Source of the DNA: Candidatus Aenigmatarchaeota archaeon
Lineage (GTDB): Archaea > Aenigmatarchaeota > Aenigmatarchaeia > Aenigmatarchaeales > Aenigmatarchaeaceae
Direction of reading: 5' to 3'
Length of the DNA: 64,000 nt
Assembly (NCBI GenBank): GCA_043814985.1
Contig: JBDRJK010000014.1
Coordinates: 1-64,000 of the forward strand
A model generated the notes under the pieces. It did no database searches. It was not told where the DNA came from and saw only the letters and a program-made list of their open reading frames with translations. A program made the position numbers and the translations under genes. Below are positions 49,509 to 58,723 of the stretch, piece by piece; position 1 is the first letter of the stretch; each line of letters begins with the position of its first letter.

Positions 49509-50918
49509 ATGAAAGTTTTACTCGCTAATCCTCCGGGTCCTTGGATAAGGTGTAGATGGGACATAGAACTGCCTGAGAAGAATGTAATAAAATACTTCCC
49601 ATATCCTGTTAGACTGGCTTATGCTACAGGTGTGCTGAAAAAGCATGGCTATGATGCACTTATGATTGACTGCACAGCAGAAGAAATAAACAGAAGAGAG
49701 TTTATTAAAAGATTCAAAAAACTCAAGCCTAACATAATCATATGGGAGACCACAGCATCTTCTTTTGACTATGATTTGGAAACCATAAAGAAACTAAAGA
49801 AAATCAATCCAAAGGTTCTGATAGGGGCCTCTGGTTACCATGCAACACCAACTTACAAGGAATGCCTTGAAGGCGGTTATGACTTTGTTATTGTGGGAGA
49901 ATGCGATTACAGCATTCTTGATTTTGTTAAGTGGTTTAACAAGGAAATCAAAAAATTCCCAAGGGGAGTTGCCATGAAAAGGCACAAGTTTGTTTCCAGA
50001 CCTTTAATAAAGAACATTAATGAATTGCCTTGGCCTGAGAGGGAATCCCTACCAATGAAGAAATATAATGACCCTAAGTTGCATGGTTTCAATCTAGTGA
50101 TTATATCTAGCAGAGGCTGCCCGTGGGGTTGTAATTTCTGCACCTCTTCTGTCTACTATAGAAATACAAACTATAGGATGAGAGATCCGTTAAATGTTGT
50201 TGATGAGATGGAGTATTTGTGGAACAAATACAAGCCTGACGAACTGTACTTTGACGATGACAACTTTGCAGTCAATAAGAAACATGTTAGGGATATATGC
50301 AATGATATTTTAAAGAGAAAGTTAAAAATCAGTTGGAACTGTATGGTCGATGCGCTTATAGACTTCAAGTTAATGAAGCTGATGAAGAAGGCTGGTTGTA
50401 CAGGAATAACAATAGGTGCTGAGTCCGCAGATGATAAAGTCCTAAAACAGATGGAAGGCAAGCCAATAACAAGGGCTTACATAAAGAAATTCATCAGCTA
50501 TTGCAGAAAGCTCAAGTTAAGGTCACATGTTTGTTGGGTACTTGGGATGAAGGGATCTTCAAAAGAAAGCGACATGGACACTATTAAATTTGCTATTGAA
50601 TTAAACTCTGATACGCTGCAATTCGCCATTTGCGTGCCGTTTGTTGGCACAAGACTCTATAAGTGGTGCTCTGATAAGGGCTATCTTGCAGGCTCATGGA
50701 GAGACATAAAAGGCAACAGCAGAGGCATTGTGAGCTATCCAAACTATTCCCATGAAGAAATTGAGGACATGCTGAAATACGCCTTCAAGATGTGGCACAG
50801 GAAGATGCTCTTCAAAAGGCCGGACATCATAATATTCCATTTTTACAACCTGTACAAATACCAGGGATTCGGGGAAGTAATTAAGGTTTCTTTAAAAAAC
50901 TTAAAGGAAATATTTTAA
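49509..50918 (+). CDS. cobalamin-binding radical SAM enzyme (6), HpnJ-like
   Basis: NPP...RCRW...PYPVRLAY, SRGCPWGCNFC, FDDDNF. Confidence 0.92.
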   Translation: MKVLLANPPGPWIRCRWDIELPEKNVIKYFPYPVRLAYATGVLKKHGYDALMIDCTAEEINRREFIKRFKKLKPNIIIWETTASSFDYDLETIKKLKKINPKVLIGASGYHATPTYKECLEGGYDFVIVGECDYSILDFVKWFNKEIKKFPRGVAMKRHKFVSRPLIKNINELPWPERESLPMKKYNDPKLHGFNLVIISSRGCPWGCNFCTSSVYYRNTNYRMRDPLNVVDEMEYLWNKYKPDELYFDDDNFAVNKKHVRDICNDILKRKLKISWNCMVDALIDFKLMKLMKKAGCTGITIGAESADDKVLKQMEGKPITRAYIKKFISYCRKLKLRSHVCWVLGMKGSSKESDMDTIKFAIELNSDTLQFAICVPFVGTRLYKWCSDKGYLAGSWRDIKGNSRGIVSYPNYSHEEIEDMLKYAFKMWHRKMLFKRPDIIIFHFYNLYKYQGFGEVIKVSLKNLKEIF

Positions 50919-50934
50919 TTGGGTTGAGAGGCTT

Positions 50935-51576
50935 ATGCCAAAGGTTTCAGTAGTTTCAATAGCAAAGAGAGAAAGAGAACTGGACCAATTGAAGAAGGCT
51001 CTCAGAAAGCAGACATACAAGAACTTTGAGTTCGTCTTTTCTACAAAAAGGGGCATACCAAATGCCTGGAACGATGCTATAGGAAGGGCTAAAGGAGATA
51101 TTATAATCATTACTGAGTCAGACTGCCTTCCTCTCAACAACAAATGGCTTGAAGAAATGGTAAGGGCCATTAAGAAAACTGACAAGAAAACACTAATAAG
51201 GGGAGTAGAAATACAACCAACTCCCTGGTGCTGGTCTAACATAGGATGCCATGCTTCTGTTCTCAAGGACAATCCTCTTGATGAGTGTTATCCTGTTGGT
51301 GAGGACACTGAACTGTTCGCAAGGCTCAAGAAGAAAGGCTACAAAAACATCGAGCTTCCAATAGCGCCTGTGATACACTTCAAGAAATACAAAGGCTTCT
51401 CAAGAACAGTGAAGGACTACTATACCTATGGAATTCTGCTTTCTAAGATAAGAAGAAAGTACGGCTTTGTAGGTTTTGAAAAGAGCACAGACAAGTCATC
51501 TTTCTTGAAAAAAGAATTAACCATAATATTTTCTAGGATTTCATATATTATTGGAATAATCAGGGGCATGATATGA
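50935..51576 (+). CDS. GT2-like glycosyltransferase
   Basis: QTYKNFE, AWNDAI, ESDC, GEDTEL. Confidence 0.8.
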   Translation: MPKVSVVSIAKRERELDQLKKALRKQTYKNFEFVFSTKRGIPNAWNDAIGRAKGDIIIITESDCLPLNNKWLEEMVRAIKKTDKKTLIRGVEIQPTPWCWSNIGCHASVLKDNPLDECYPVGEDTELFARLKKKGYKNIELPIAPVIHFKKYKGFSRTVKDYYTYGILLSKIRRKYGFVGFEKSTDKSSFLKKELTIIFSRISYIIGIIRGMI

Positions 51577-51606
51577 TAGAAACTACATACTACAAGGGAA
51601 AAAATC

Positions 51607-52548
51607 ATGAATAGGGTAAAAATAAGTTTTCTAATTACGGCATTGAACGAGGAAAAGACAATAGGGAAGGTTCTTGATAATCTGGCAAGATTGAAAAAAG
51701 TTGAGCCTAACATAGAAGTTCTGGCTGCTATTGACGGGTCAACAGACAGGACAGAGGAAATAATGAAAAGATACAGATTTGTCAAGATTCTTATCCGCGG
51801 TCCTCGCAGGGGAAAGGACGTTTCAGTTCACAAGTTAACACAGGCTGCAAAGGGTGGAATATTAGTTATCCACGATTCAGATTGGATATTTAGGTGGAAC
51901 AAGAAATCAATCAAAAAAATGATAAAATTCTTCAAGGAAAATCCTGATGTAGGCGGTTATGTCCAAAGCTTCTTTAACAGGAGAGAGGATTATCTGAATG
52001 ATCCAGCGCCATTTACTGTGAAGATTGGTTTTATAGGAGAGTCAGTAGCTTCTAACTTGATAAGAGGTTTTGCCAGAAAGCATCATGAGAAGTGTAAAAG
52101 ATTGGAGGATTTGATTTTCACACCCCTGGTTTTTATCATGAGGGGTGGGATAATTTCAAAAAAGACAAGATTAAACAAGAAGGAAATAGGAGACGAAATG
52201 AAAAGAACGCATGAAATAATGAAGAAAGGATACAGGATAGTTTACACAGATACTGAATTGCCGTATTTTGAAATTTTATACAAGAAAACAAGCTTCAATG
52301 ATTTGGTAAGTCAAAGAACCAGGGGCTTCCTCCTTAACAGCTTCCAACCTAAAATCTACGGTTGGAATGTCACAAAATATTATTTTCTGATAGTTACACA
52401 TTTCATAAAGAATTACTTTAAACTCAGCCCAATAGAAATGATAGGACTAGATGTTTGGATTTTATCGGCTATGATATCATATATAAAAGTTAAAACAGGA
52501 TTAGTAAAAGATAAAAAACCCTGGTCATACAGAGTAAAAAGACGATGA
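51607..52548 (+). CDS. GT2 glycosyltransferase
   Basis: TALNEE, DGSTDRT, GK, DSD, Q..R. Confidence 0.85.
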   Translation: MNRVKISFLITALNEEKTIGKVLDNLARLKKVEPNIEVLAAIDGSTDRTEEIMKRYRFVKILIRGPRRGKDVSVHKLTQAAKGGILVIHDSDWIFRWNKKSIKKMIKFFKENPDVGGYVQSFFNRREDYLNDPAPFTVKIGFIGESVASNLIRGFARKHHEKCKRLEDLIFTPLVFIMRGGIISKKTRLNKKEIGDEMKRTHEIMKKGYRIVYTDTELPYFEILYKKTSFNDLVSQRTRGFLLNSFQPKIYGWNVTKYYFLIVTHFIKNYFKLSPIEMIGLDVWILSAMISYIKVKTGLVKDKKPWSYRVKRR

Positions 52549-53207
52549 TTACTAAAAAATTAAGTTCTATGTCTGATAAAATGAAAAGAAAAAAAACCGT
52601 AGAGAAAGAATTTGACGATTTATGGAAGGAAACAAAATCAGTTTCATTTCTGGGAGGAATAATTTTCTATATATCTGAGAGGGCAGCAATGAAGTCGATA
52701 GGCTTCATCAGCAGAAAATCCAAGGTTGTAGATGTTGGTTGTGCTACAGGAAGAACCCTCCTTCTTTTTAGAAAATACGGCTTTTCAGACAGCATTGGAA
52801 TAGACATATCAAAAGAGAGCCTGAAAATATGCAATTCAGAGGGTCTTGAGACAGGCAAGGATGTTTTTCTCATGGATGCCAAACGCATGAAATTCAAGAA
52901 AAGGTCCTTTGACTTGGTATTTGCAGAGGGACTTCTTGAGCACTTTGAAAACTTCCAGCCCTTTGTTGACGAGATGTGCAGGATAAGCAAGAAATATGTT
53001 ATGGTAATACAACCTAATGCGTTCTCTTACTGGCATCATATAGAAAATTTTTACTGGAAATTTTTCCCAAGGGACCATGTAGAGCAGCTGGCATATAGCT
53101 TGGATGATTTCAACAAAGCCTTTATGAAGAACAACTTCAAACTTAAAAAGGTTAAAAACTTAATTTTAAATTCAGGTTGGTCAATACTTTACGAAAGAAA
53201 AAAGTGA
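52545..53207 (+). CDS. class I SAM-dependent methyltransferase
   Basis: VDVGCATG, GIDIS, FDLV, LLEHF. Confidence 0.92.
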   Translation: MITKKLSSMSDKMKRKKTVEKEFDDLWKETKSVSFLGGIIFYISERAAMKSIGFISRKSKVVDVGCATGRTLLLFRKYGFSDSIGIDISKESLKICNSEGLETGKDVFLMDAKRMKFKKRSFDLVFAEGLLEHFENFQPFVDEMCRISKKYVMVIQPNAFSYWHHIENFYWKFFPRDHVEQLAYSLDDFNKAFMKNNFKLKKVKNLILNSGWSILYERKK

Positions 53208-53211
53208 TTTA

Positions 53212-54705
53212 ATGCCAGAAGAACAATACAAAAAATACGAGTTTTTATTCATTCTATCCATTTTTATTATTGGATTTTTATTCATTTATCTAGCTTCCAA
53301 TACACCGATGCTGGGAGAAGACGAAGCCGGTTATGTAAGCTTAGCAAAGGAGTTCATGGGCTTAGAATATGAAAAAAGCATTTATGCAATTGCACCACTG
53401 GCTTCACTTCTTTATGTTCCATTTTTCACTATTTTTGGTCCCTCATTAGGCCTTGCAAAGGCTATAATAGCCTTTTTCGGAATCTTAACAATAATTATGG
53501 TATATCTGTTTTGTAAAAAACTAAACCCAGCATCGTTTTATGGCATCAATATATGCGGTTTGGCATCAATAGCAATCCTTTTGACGATATTCTACTTCCC
53601 ACATTTCATGATGCTATCATATACAGAAATTCCGATAGCATTCTTTTCAATTCTTTTTGTCTATCTTTTACTGGACTTAAAGACGATTAAGGGTGCCGTC
53701 CTTGTAGGAATTATAATGGGTTTATCGTTTTATCTTAAATCTAGTTCTTTAATATTTCCAATTACAATATTTCTATTTTCTTTGATAAAATACATTCTGA
53801 AAAAAGACAAAGAATTTTTCAAACTGTCTATAATATCAATTTTCATATTTAGTCTTTTAATGTTACCTTTCATTATAAGAAACATAATTCTATTCAACTA
53901 TCCATTTGTAGAAGGTTTTAATATTTTCTTTGAAATGCCCAGAGTTATAGAACCAACTTGGGCTTCAGCCGAAGCAGCCAAACTTATATCAATTCCAGTA
54001 AACCTTTTCAACGTTTTCGGGTTTGTGCCCCTTTTCTTTTGTATTATTGGTATGATTTATTCATGGCAAACAAAAAATAAGAAAATAATCCCATCCATAT
54101 TTCTATTTTTACTTTTTATTCTCGTTTTTTATTTTAGAAACATTCTTGGAATCGCCATCGGCGATCCTAGGTATCTTTCCATCATATTTCCACAAATAGC
54201 TGTATTAGGGGGCTTTTACATAAGCCAAGTTGCAAAAATGAAGAAATACATTTCATTACTGGTGGTTGTGTTTTTCATTTACGCCCTTTCAACTAGCATA
54301 ACAGTTGCGCTTTCCACATCTCAATCTACAAGATACCCTGATAATTATATACAGGCATTGAGATGGGTAAAACAAAATACAAATGAAGATGATTTGATAT
54401 TCACTGCTTATAGTGGTAGTCTAGCATACTATGGGGAAAGACAAAATGTCTGGGCAGTATCAATGGATGAGTTTCCGGATTTGATGCATTCTACCAATTC
54501 CACTCAAATATACAAGACACTGAAAGAATATGGTATATCTTATATTTTGATATGGAGAGGTATTCTCTCGGATGACTGGATAATACCGGAAAGCAACATA
54601 ATAGGTGTTTTCACCTACAACTTCGCTATCCAGGTTGATGGCGACAAAGAAAATTTCGAGATGGTTTACTCTAACCAGGATAACTTTATTTATAAATTAC
54701 TGTAG
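53212..54705 (+). CDS. GT-C fold membrane glycosyltransferase (ArnT/PMT-like)
   Basis: GEDEAGY, multi-TM, YTE, PRY, C-terminal soluble domain (ALRWVKQNT). Confidence 0.82.
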   Translation: MPEEQYKKYEFLFILSIFIIGFLFIYLASNTPMLGEDEAGYVSLAKEFMGLEYEKSIYAIAPLASLLYVPFFTIFGPSLGLAKAIIAFFGILTIIMVYLFCKKLNPASFYGINICGLASIAILLTIFYFPHFMMLSYTEIPIAFFSILFVYLLLDLKTIKGAVLVGIIMGLSFYLKSSSLIFPITIFLFSLIKYILKKDKEFFKLSIISIFIFSLLMLPFIIRNIILFNYPFVEGFNIFFEMPRVIEPTWASAEAAKLISIPVNLFNVFGFVPLFFCIIGMIYSWQTKNKKIIPSIFLFLLFILVFYFRNILGIAIGDPRYLSIIFPQIAVLGGFYISQVAKMKKYISLLVVVFFIYALSTSITVALSTSQSTRYPDNYIQALRWVKQNTNEDDLIFTAYSGSLAYYGERQNVWAVSMDEFPDLMHSTNSTQIYKTLKEYGISYILIWRGILSDDWIIPESNIIGVFTYNFAIQVDGDKENFEMVYSNQDNFIYKLL

Positions 54706-54729
54706 CTATAAAAATTAAATGGTGATTGG

Positions 54730-54852
54730 TTGAAAGTAATTCTAATAAACCCCCAATATACCCAAGGCTATATTCACAGTACTGTGTCCAGTGGTAAGAA
54801 AATATTATTTTCGGTTAGTATAAGGCATTATCTAAGTGAAAAATATGCCTAG
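54730..54852 (+). pseudogene. orphaned 5' fragment of a radical SAM gene (MKVILINPQYTQGYIHSTVSSG...)
   Basis: GGTGA RBS plus TTG start; first 17 aa align with the N-terminus of 55698..57068 (MVKILAVNPQFTPDYIHS); stops at 54852. Confidence 0.75.
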
Positions 54853-55720
54853 AGGAGTTTATTTGAGAAATGAAAAACATTTGAAACTGTTAGAAGTTGC
54901 AAGATCTGAAATAAAAGTTCCACCTTTCTTAGGCAAACATCATTCTGATGAAACTAAATTAAAGATTAGCCAAAGATTGAAAGGTAGTCAGGTTTGGAAC
55001 AAAGGCAAAAAATTGCCATACGACGTTTGGAATAAGGGTATGACAAAAGAAACGAATAAGAAGTTAAAAATTATTGGTCAAAAGATATCAATTTCCAATA
55101 AAGGTAGAAAGGTTTGGAATAAAGGAAAGGAAAATAAAGAATTGAAACAAAGATGGCAGAATCCAGAATTTAGAAAAATTATGATAGAAATTTCGAAAGA
55201 TATTATGAAGAAAAACTGGAATAATCCAGTATACATAGAAAAAATGGAGAAATTGAGAACTTTTTTCAAAAGAAAAAGAAATGTTCAAGAAATAGAGCGA
55301 TTAAGGAACATTTCAAATAATAGATTAGGAAGTAAAAATTCTGTTGAACAGAATAAGAAGATTAGTGAAGCACGTTTAAGACAGAAGATACCGCATAAGG
55401 ATACTTATCCTGAAATGTTAGTTCAAAAATGCCTAGCAGAAAGGAATATTAATTTCACTACTCATTATTCAATTCTTGGCCAACCAGATATTTTTATAAA
55501 ACCGAACATTTGTGTGTTTATTGATGGTTGTTATTGGCATGGATGTCCAGTTCATTTTCCTGAAAAGATCAATACTAATGATATAAAGATATCTGAAGCT
55601 CTAAGAAAGCAGGGTTATACGGTTATAAGAATTTGGGAACATGAAATCAAAAATAATACTACTAAATGTATAAATAAAATTATGGAGTCAATCGAAAATG
55701 GTCAAGATATTAGCCGTTAA
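54845..55720 (+). mobile_element. free-standing homing-endonuclease-like gene (NUMOD3 + WNKG repeats + Vsr/DUF559-like nuclease)
   Basis: GKHHSDETKLKIS, three VWNKG repeats, TYPE, PDIF, FIDGCYWHGCP, IRIWEHE; AT-rich. Confidence 0.85.
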
Positions 55721-57068
55721 TCCTCAATTTACGCCAGATTACATACACTCGGCTCGTTGGGATTCTCTGTCACTCAGTGGTAGCCACTGGTATCCTGTGT
55801 TTTTATCATATATGGTGAGCTTGTTAGAAAAGCACAGCCATGAATGTAGGCTTGTTGATGCCGAGGCGGAGAACCTTAGCGACAGTCAAGTCCTGAGGAT
55901 TGCCAAAGAGTTCAAGCCGGATTTTTCCGTGCTGTACATCTCAGAGAGGGGACTAGGCGCCAACATGAATCTGGCAAAATCTATAAAGAACAGCACAAAA
56001 TCCAAAATAATTTTCGTAGGACCTTGGTGTTCTCTGGTAAAGAAGGAGAAAGTCAACAAGAAGATTGTCGACTTTTTCATAGAAGGCGAGTTTGAGTTCG
56101 CGGTCTTGAAAATAGTTGAAGGAAAAGGCAAGAAAGGATGCATCAGGACAGAGAGACTGACCCCAGAACAGCTGAAGGATCTTGGCTGGGTGACGAAGAT
56201 ATATCAAAAGCATCTGAACATCAACAACTACAGGATAAGTTCTCTTGAGCATAGGTTTGTGGATTTGCTGACATCGAGGAAATGCTACTGGGGCAGGTGC
56301 TCGTTCTGTCTGTGGCCATCAACAATACTACAAAAGGGTGGCTATGTCGAAAGAGATATTGAAGATTCTTTGGATGAGATTGAATGGGCTTGGAACAATT
56401 TGAATATAAAAGAAATATTCATTCAGGATGATACAATATCGCCAAAAAGGGCGAAAGAGCTTTCAGAAGGTCTGATAAAGAGATGCTTGAAAATAAGCTG
56501 GGCCTGCTATGCCAGAGGCGATTTGGCGTTCACTCAGAAAATAGTCAACATGATGGCAAAGAGCGGCTGCCGCGTCGTTCACATAGGTTTTGAGAGCGGA
56601 AACAATGAAATACTAAAGAGGATGAACAAGGGAACGACTGTCGAGAACCTGACTGAGGTCAGCAGGCGTTTCAGGAAGGTGGGCATAGATGTTCACGGCG
56701 ATTTCATGATTGGGAATATCGGGGAAACACGAGAGACCATTCAGCAGACAATGAACTTTATCAAGAAGCTCGACCTCTCAATAGTCCAGATAGCGCCGCC
56801 AAAACTGTATGGTAATTGCAAGATTTACGAGTGGTATGCCCATAACAACGAGGGAGCGTACATAGACAAGAGAGGATTGCCGAACCTTAAGGACATAACG
56901 TACGAGGAGATGGTTGCCTTGGTGAAGAAGGGACTCAGAGACTATTACATGAGCAAGGAGTTCATATCAAGGACGCTGACCCATCCCTCTCAATTAAAAA
57001 GAGTTATCGGTTCTGCTATTCCGGCAATCAAGTTCATGTTCAGCGGAAGAAAAGAGGTACCTGTCTGA
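55698..57068 (+). CDS. cobalamin-binding radical SAM enzyme (7), HpnJ-like
   Basis: NP...SARW...WYP, GEFE, CYWGRCSFC, QDDT, GFESG. Confidence 0.9.
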   Translation: MVKILAVNPQFTPDYIHSARWDSLSLSGSHWYPVFLSYMVSLLEKHSHECRLVDAEAENLSDSQVLRIAKEFKPDFSVLYISERGLGANMNLAKSIKNSTKSKIIFVGPWCSLVKKEKVNKKIVDFFIEGEFEFAVLKIVEGKGKKGCIRTERLTPEQLKDLGWVTKIYQKHLNINNYRISSLEHRFVDLLTSRKCYWGRCSFCLWPSTILQKGGYVERDIEDSLDEIEWAWNNLNIKEIFIQDDTISPKRAKELSEGLIKRCLKISWACYARGDLAFTQKIVNMMAKSGCRVVHIGFESGNNEILKRMNKGTTVENLTEVSRRFRKVGIDVHGDFMIGNIGETRETIQQTMNFIKKLDLSIVQIAPPKLYGNCKIYEWYAHNNEGAYIDKRGLPNLKDITYEEMVALVKKGLRDYYMSKEFISRTLTHPSQLKRVIGSAIPAIKFMFSGRKEVPV

Positions 57069-57077
57069 GATGATTCA

Positions 57078-58025
57078 ATGAAACCCAGCATAACTGTTTT
57101 GGTAACAATAAAAAACTCAGCCCGTACAATAAAGAAATGTGTTGACTCGCTTCTGAAACAGAACTACAATAACTACAAGGTTTATGTTGTCGATTCCTTT
57201 TCCAATGACGGCAGCTATGAGATACTGAAAAGTTATGGAAAGAAAATAAAGTTCGAGCAGTTCAAAAGCACGCCACCTCAGGCTTACAATCATGCAATCA
57301 AGAAGATAAATACAACATTCGTTGCATTCACTGACGGCGACTGTGTGGCTGATAGTAACTGGTTAAAGAATTTAATTTCAGGATTCAAGACAGAAGATAT
57401 AGCAGCAGTTGCTGGTTTCTGCAAGACGCCTAGAAACGTTAACTTCCTACAGAAACTAGTTGGCATTGAGCTGGAGAACAGGTTCAAGAAGTTTCCCAAA
57501 TACATACCTCGTGCACCTACCATGAACATTTGTGTGAGAACCAAGATTCTAAAGAAACTTATGTTCAACAGCAAGCTTTTTGTTGGTTATGACACTGATT
57601 TGGGATACAGAGTGATAAGTACAGGGAAGAAAATCCTTTACGAACCAAAAGCAGTGATATATCATTATCACAGGGCCACATGGAAAAAAATATTCAAGCA
57701 GCAAATGACTTATGCAAGGTACCTACCCCTGATATATTCCAAGCACAAGAAAAGAGTTGGAGGTGATTACATATCCAAGCCAACCATGATGTACCACCTA
57801 GCTGTATTTTATCTGGCTGCTTTATTTCTATTCTTGAGTATCTTCTCAATAACATCTCTAGATTTTTTCGGCATATTTGTTTTGATATTCCTACTGATAT
57901 CCGTATTTGAGTTTCTGAGCTTCAAAACGAAGAAGGAATATTTCCCCTACTTCCTTATGATATTCTTTGTCAGAACGCTTGCATGGTCAATAGGACTAGT
58001 TCTTGGCATACTTGGAAGAGATTAG
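57078..58025 (+). CDS. GT2 glycosyltransferase with C-terminal TM helices
   Basis: VDSFSNDG, FTDGDC, YDTDLGYR. Confidence 0.9.
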   Translation: MKPSITVLVTIKNSARTIKKCVDSLLKQNYNNYKVYVVDSFSNDGSYEILKSYGKKIKFEQFKSTPPQAYNHAIKKINTTFVAFTDGDCVADSNWLKNLISGFKTEDIAAVAGFCKTPRNVNFLQKLVGIELENRFKKFPKYIPRAPTMNICVRTKILKKLMFNSKLFVGYDTDLGYRVISTGKKILYEPKAVIYHYHRATWKKIFKQQMTYARYLPLIYSKHKKRVGGDYISKPTMMYHLAVFYLAALFLFLSIFSITSLDFFGIFVLIFLLISVFEFLSFKTKKEYFPYFLMIFFVRTLAWSIGLVLGILGRD

Positions 58026-58723
58026 AAAATTCTTCCCAATATTTCCTTCTTGTACTTCATGGCAAACTTGATGTAACCGTGAGCTAGTTTGGAGAAGTTG
58101 CCTTTCTTGCCGCACTGATAGCTGCACCAGACAGAGACAGTTGATATCTTCATCTCTCTCTCCTTGGCTATCTGCAGGATTTCAAGTTCTATACCGAAGC
58201 CCTCCAAGTCAATTCTGGGAAGTATGTACTTGACAGCCTCTCTGGAATAGCACCTGAAGCCTGACGCGACATCAGTGAAGAAGCCCCCAGAAGACAAAAG
58301 CACTACCATGGTTGAGAATACATTGAAAAATATCCTTAATTTTGGATAGCCCCTCAGTTTCATGTACCTTGACCCTATGACAATGTCCGAATATTTCTTC
58401 TTGACCATCAGCTCGACAACAGGTATGTCCTTGGGATCATGCTGGCCGTCAGCGTCAATAGTTACAAGCATATTACCCTTTTCCTTGAGAAAACGCTTGA
58501 AGCCTTGTATTGTCGCATATCCCTTGCCTCGGTTGTCGGGATAGCTAAGCATTATTACCCTCTTGTTATTACCATACTTCTCCATGACAATCTTATATGT
58601 ATTGTCGCAGCTTCCATCATCAACCAGAATAATCCTGTCAACATATTTCAGTGTCTTGCCTATAATATCGTTTATTGTTTTGCTTTCGTTGTAGGCACAA
58701 ATCAATGCATAGGTCCTCATCAA
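58022..58723 (-). CDS. GT2 glycosyltransferase (DPM1-like)
   Basis: AYNE, VDDGSCD, NRGKG, DADGQHDP, GSR, SGFRCY. Confidence 0.92.
   Translation of the reverse strand: MMRTYALICAYNESKTINDIIGKTLKYVDRIILVDDGSCDNTYKIVMEKYGNNKRVIMLSYPDNRGKGYATIQGFKRFLKEKGNMLVTIDADGQHDPKDIPVVELMVKKKYSDIVIGSRYMKLRGYPKLRIFFNVFSTMVVLLSSGGFFTDVASGFRCYSREAVKYILPRIDLEGFGIELEILQIAKEREMKISTVSVWCSYQCGKKGNFSKLAHGYIKFAMKYKKEILGRIF

Noticed and set aside
54781..55751. Endonuclease region as a group I or BHB intron, or an intein
   Set aside because: No convincing terminal stem or catalytic RNA core was seen, there are no intein motifs, and the downstream gene has its own complete start. Splicing is left only as a testable alternative.
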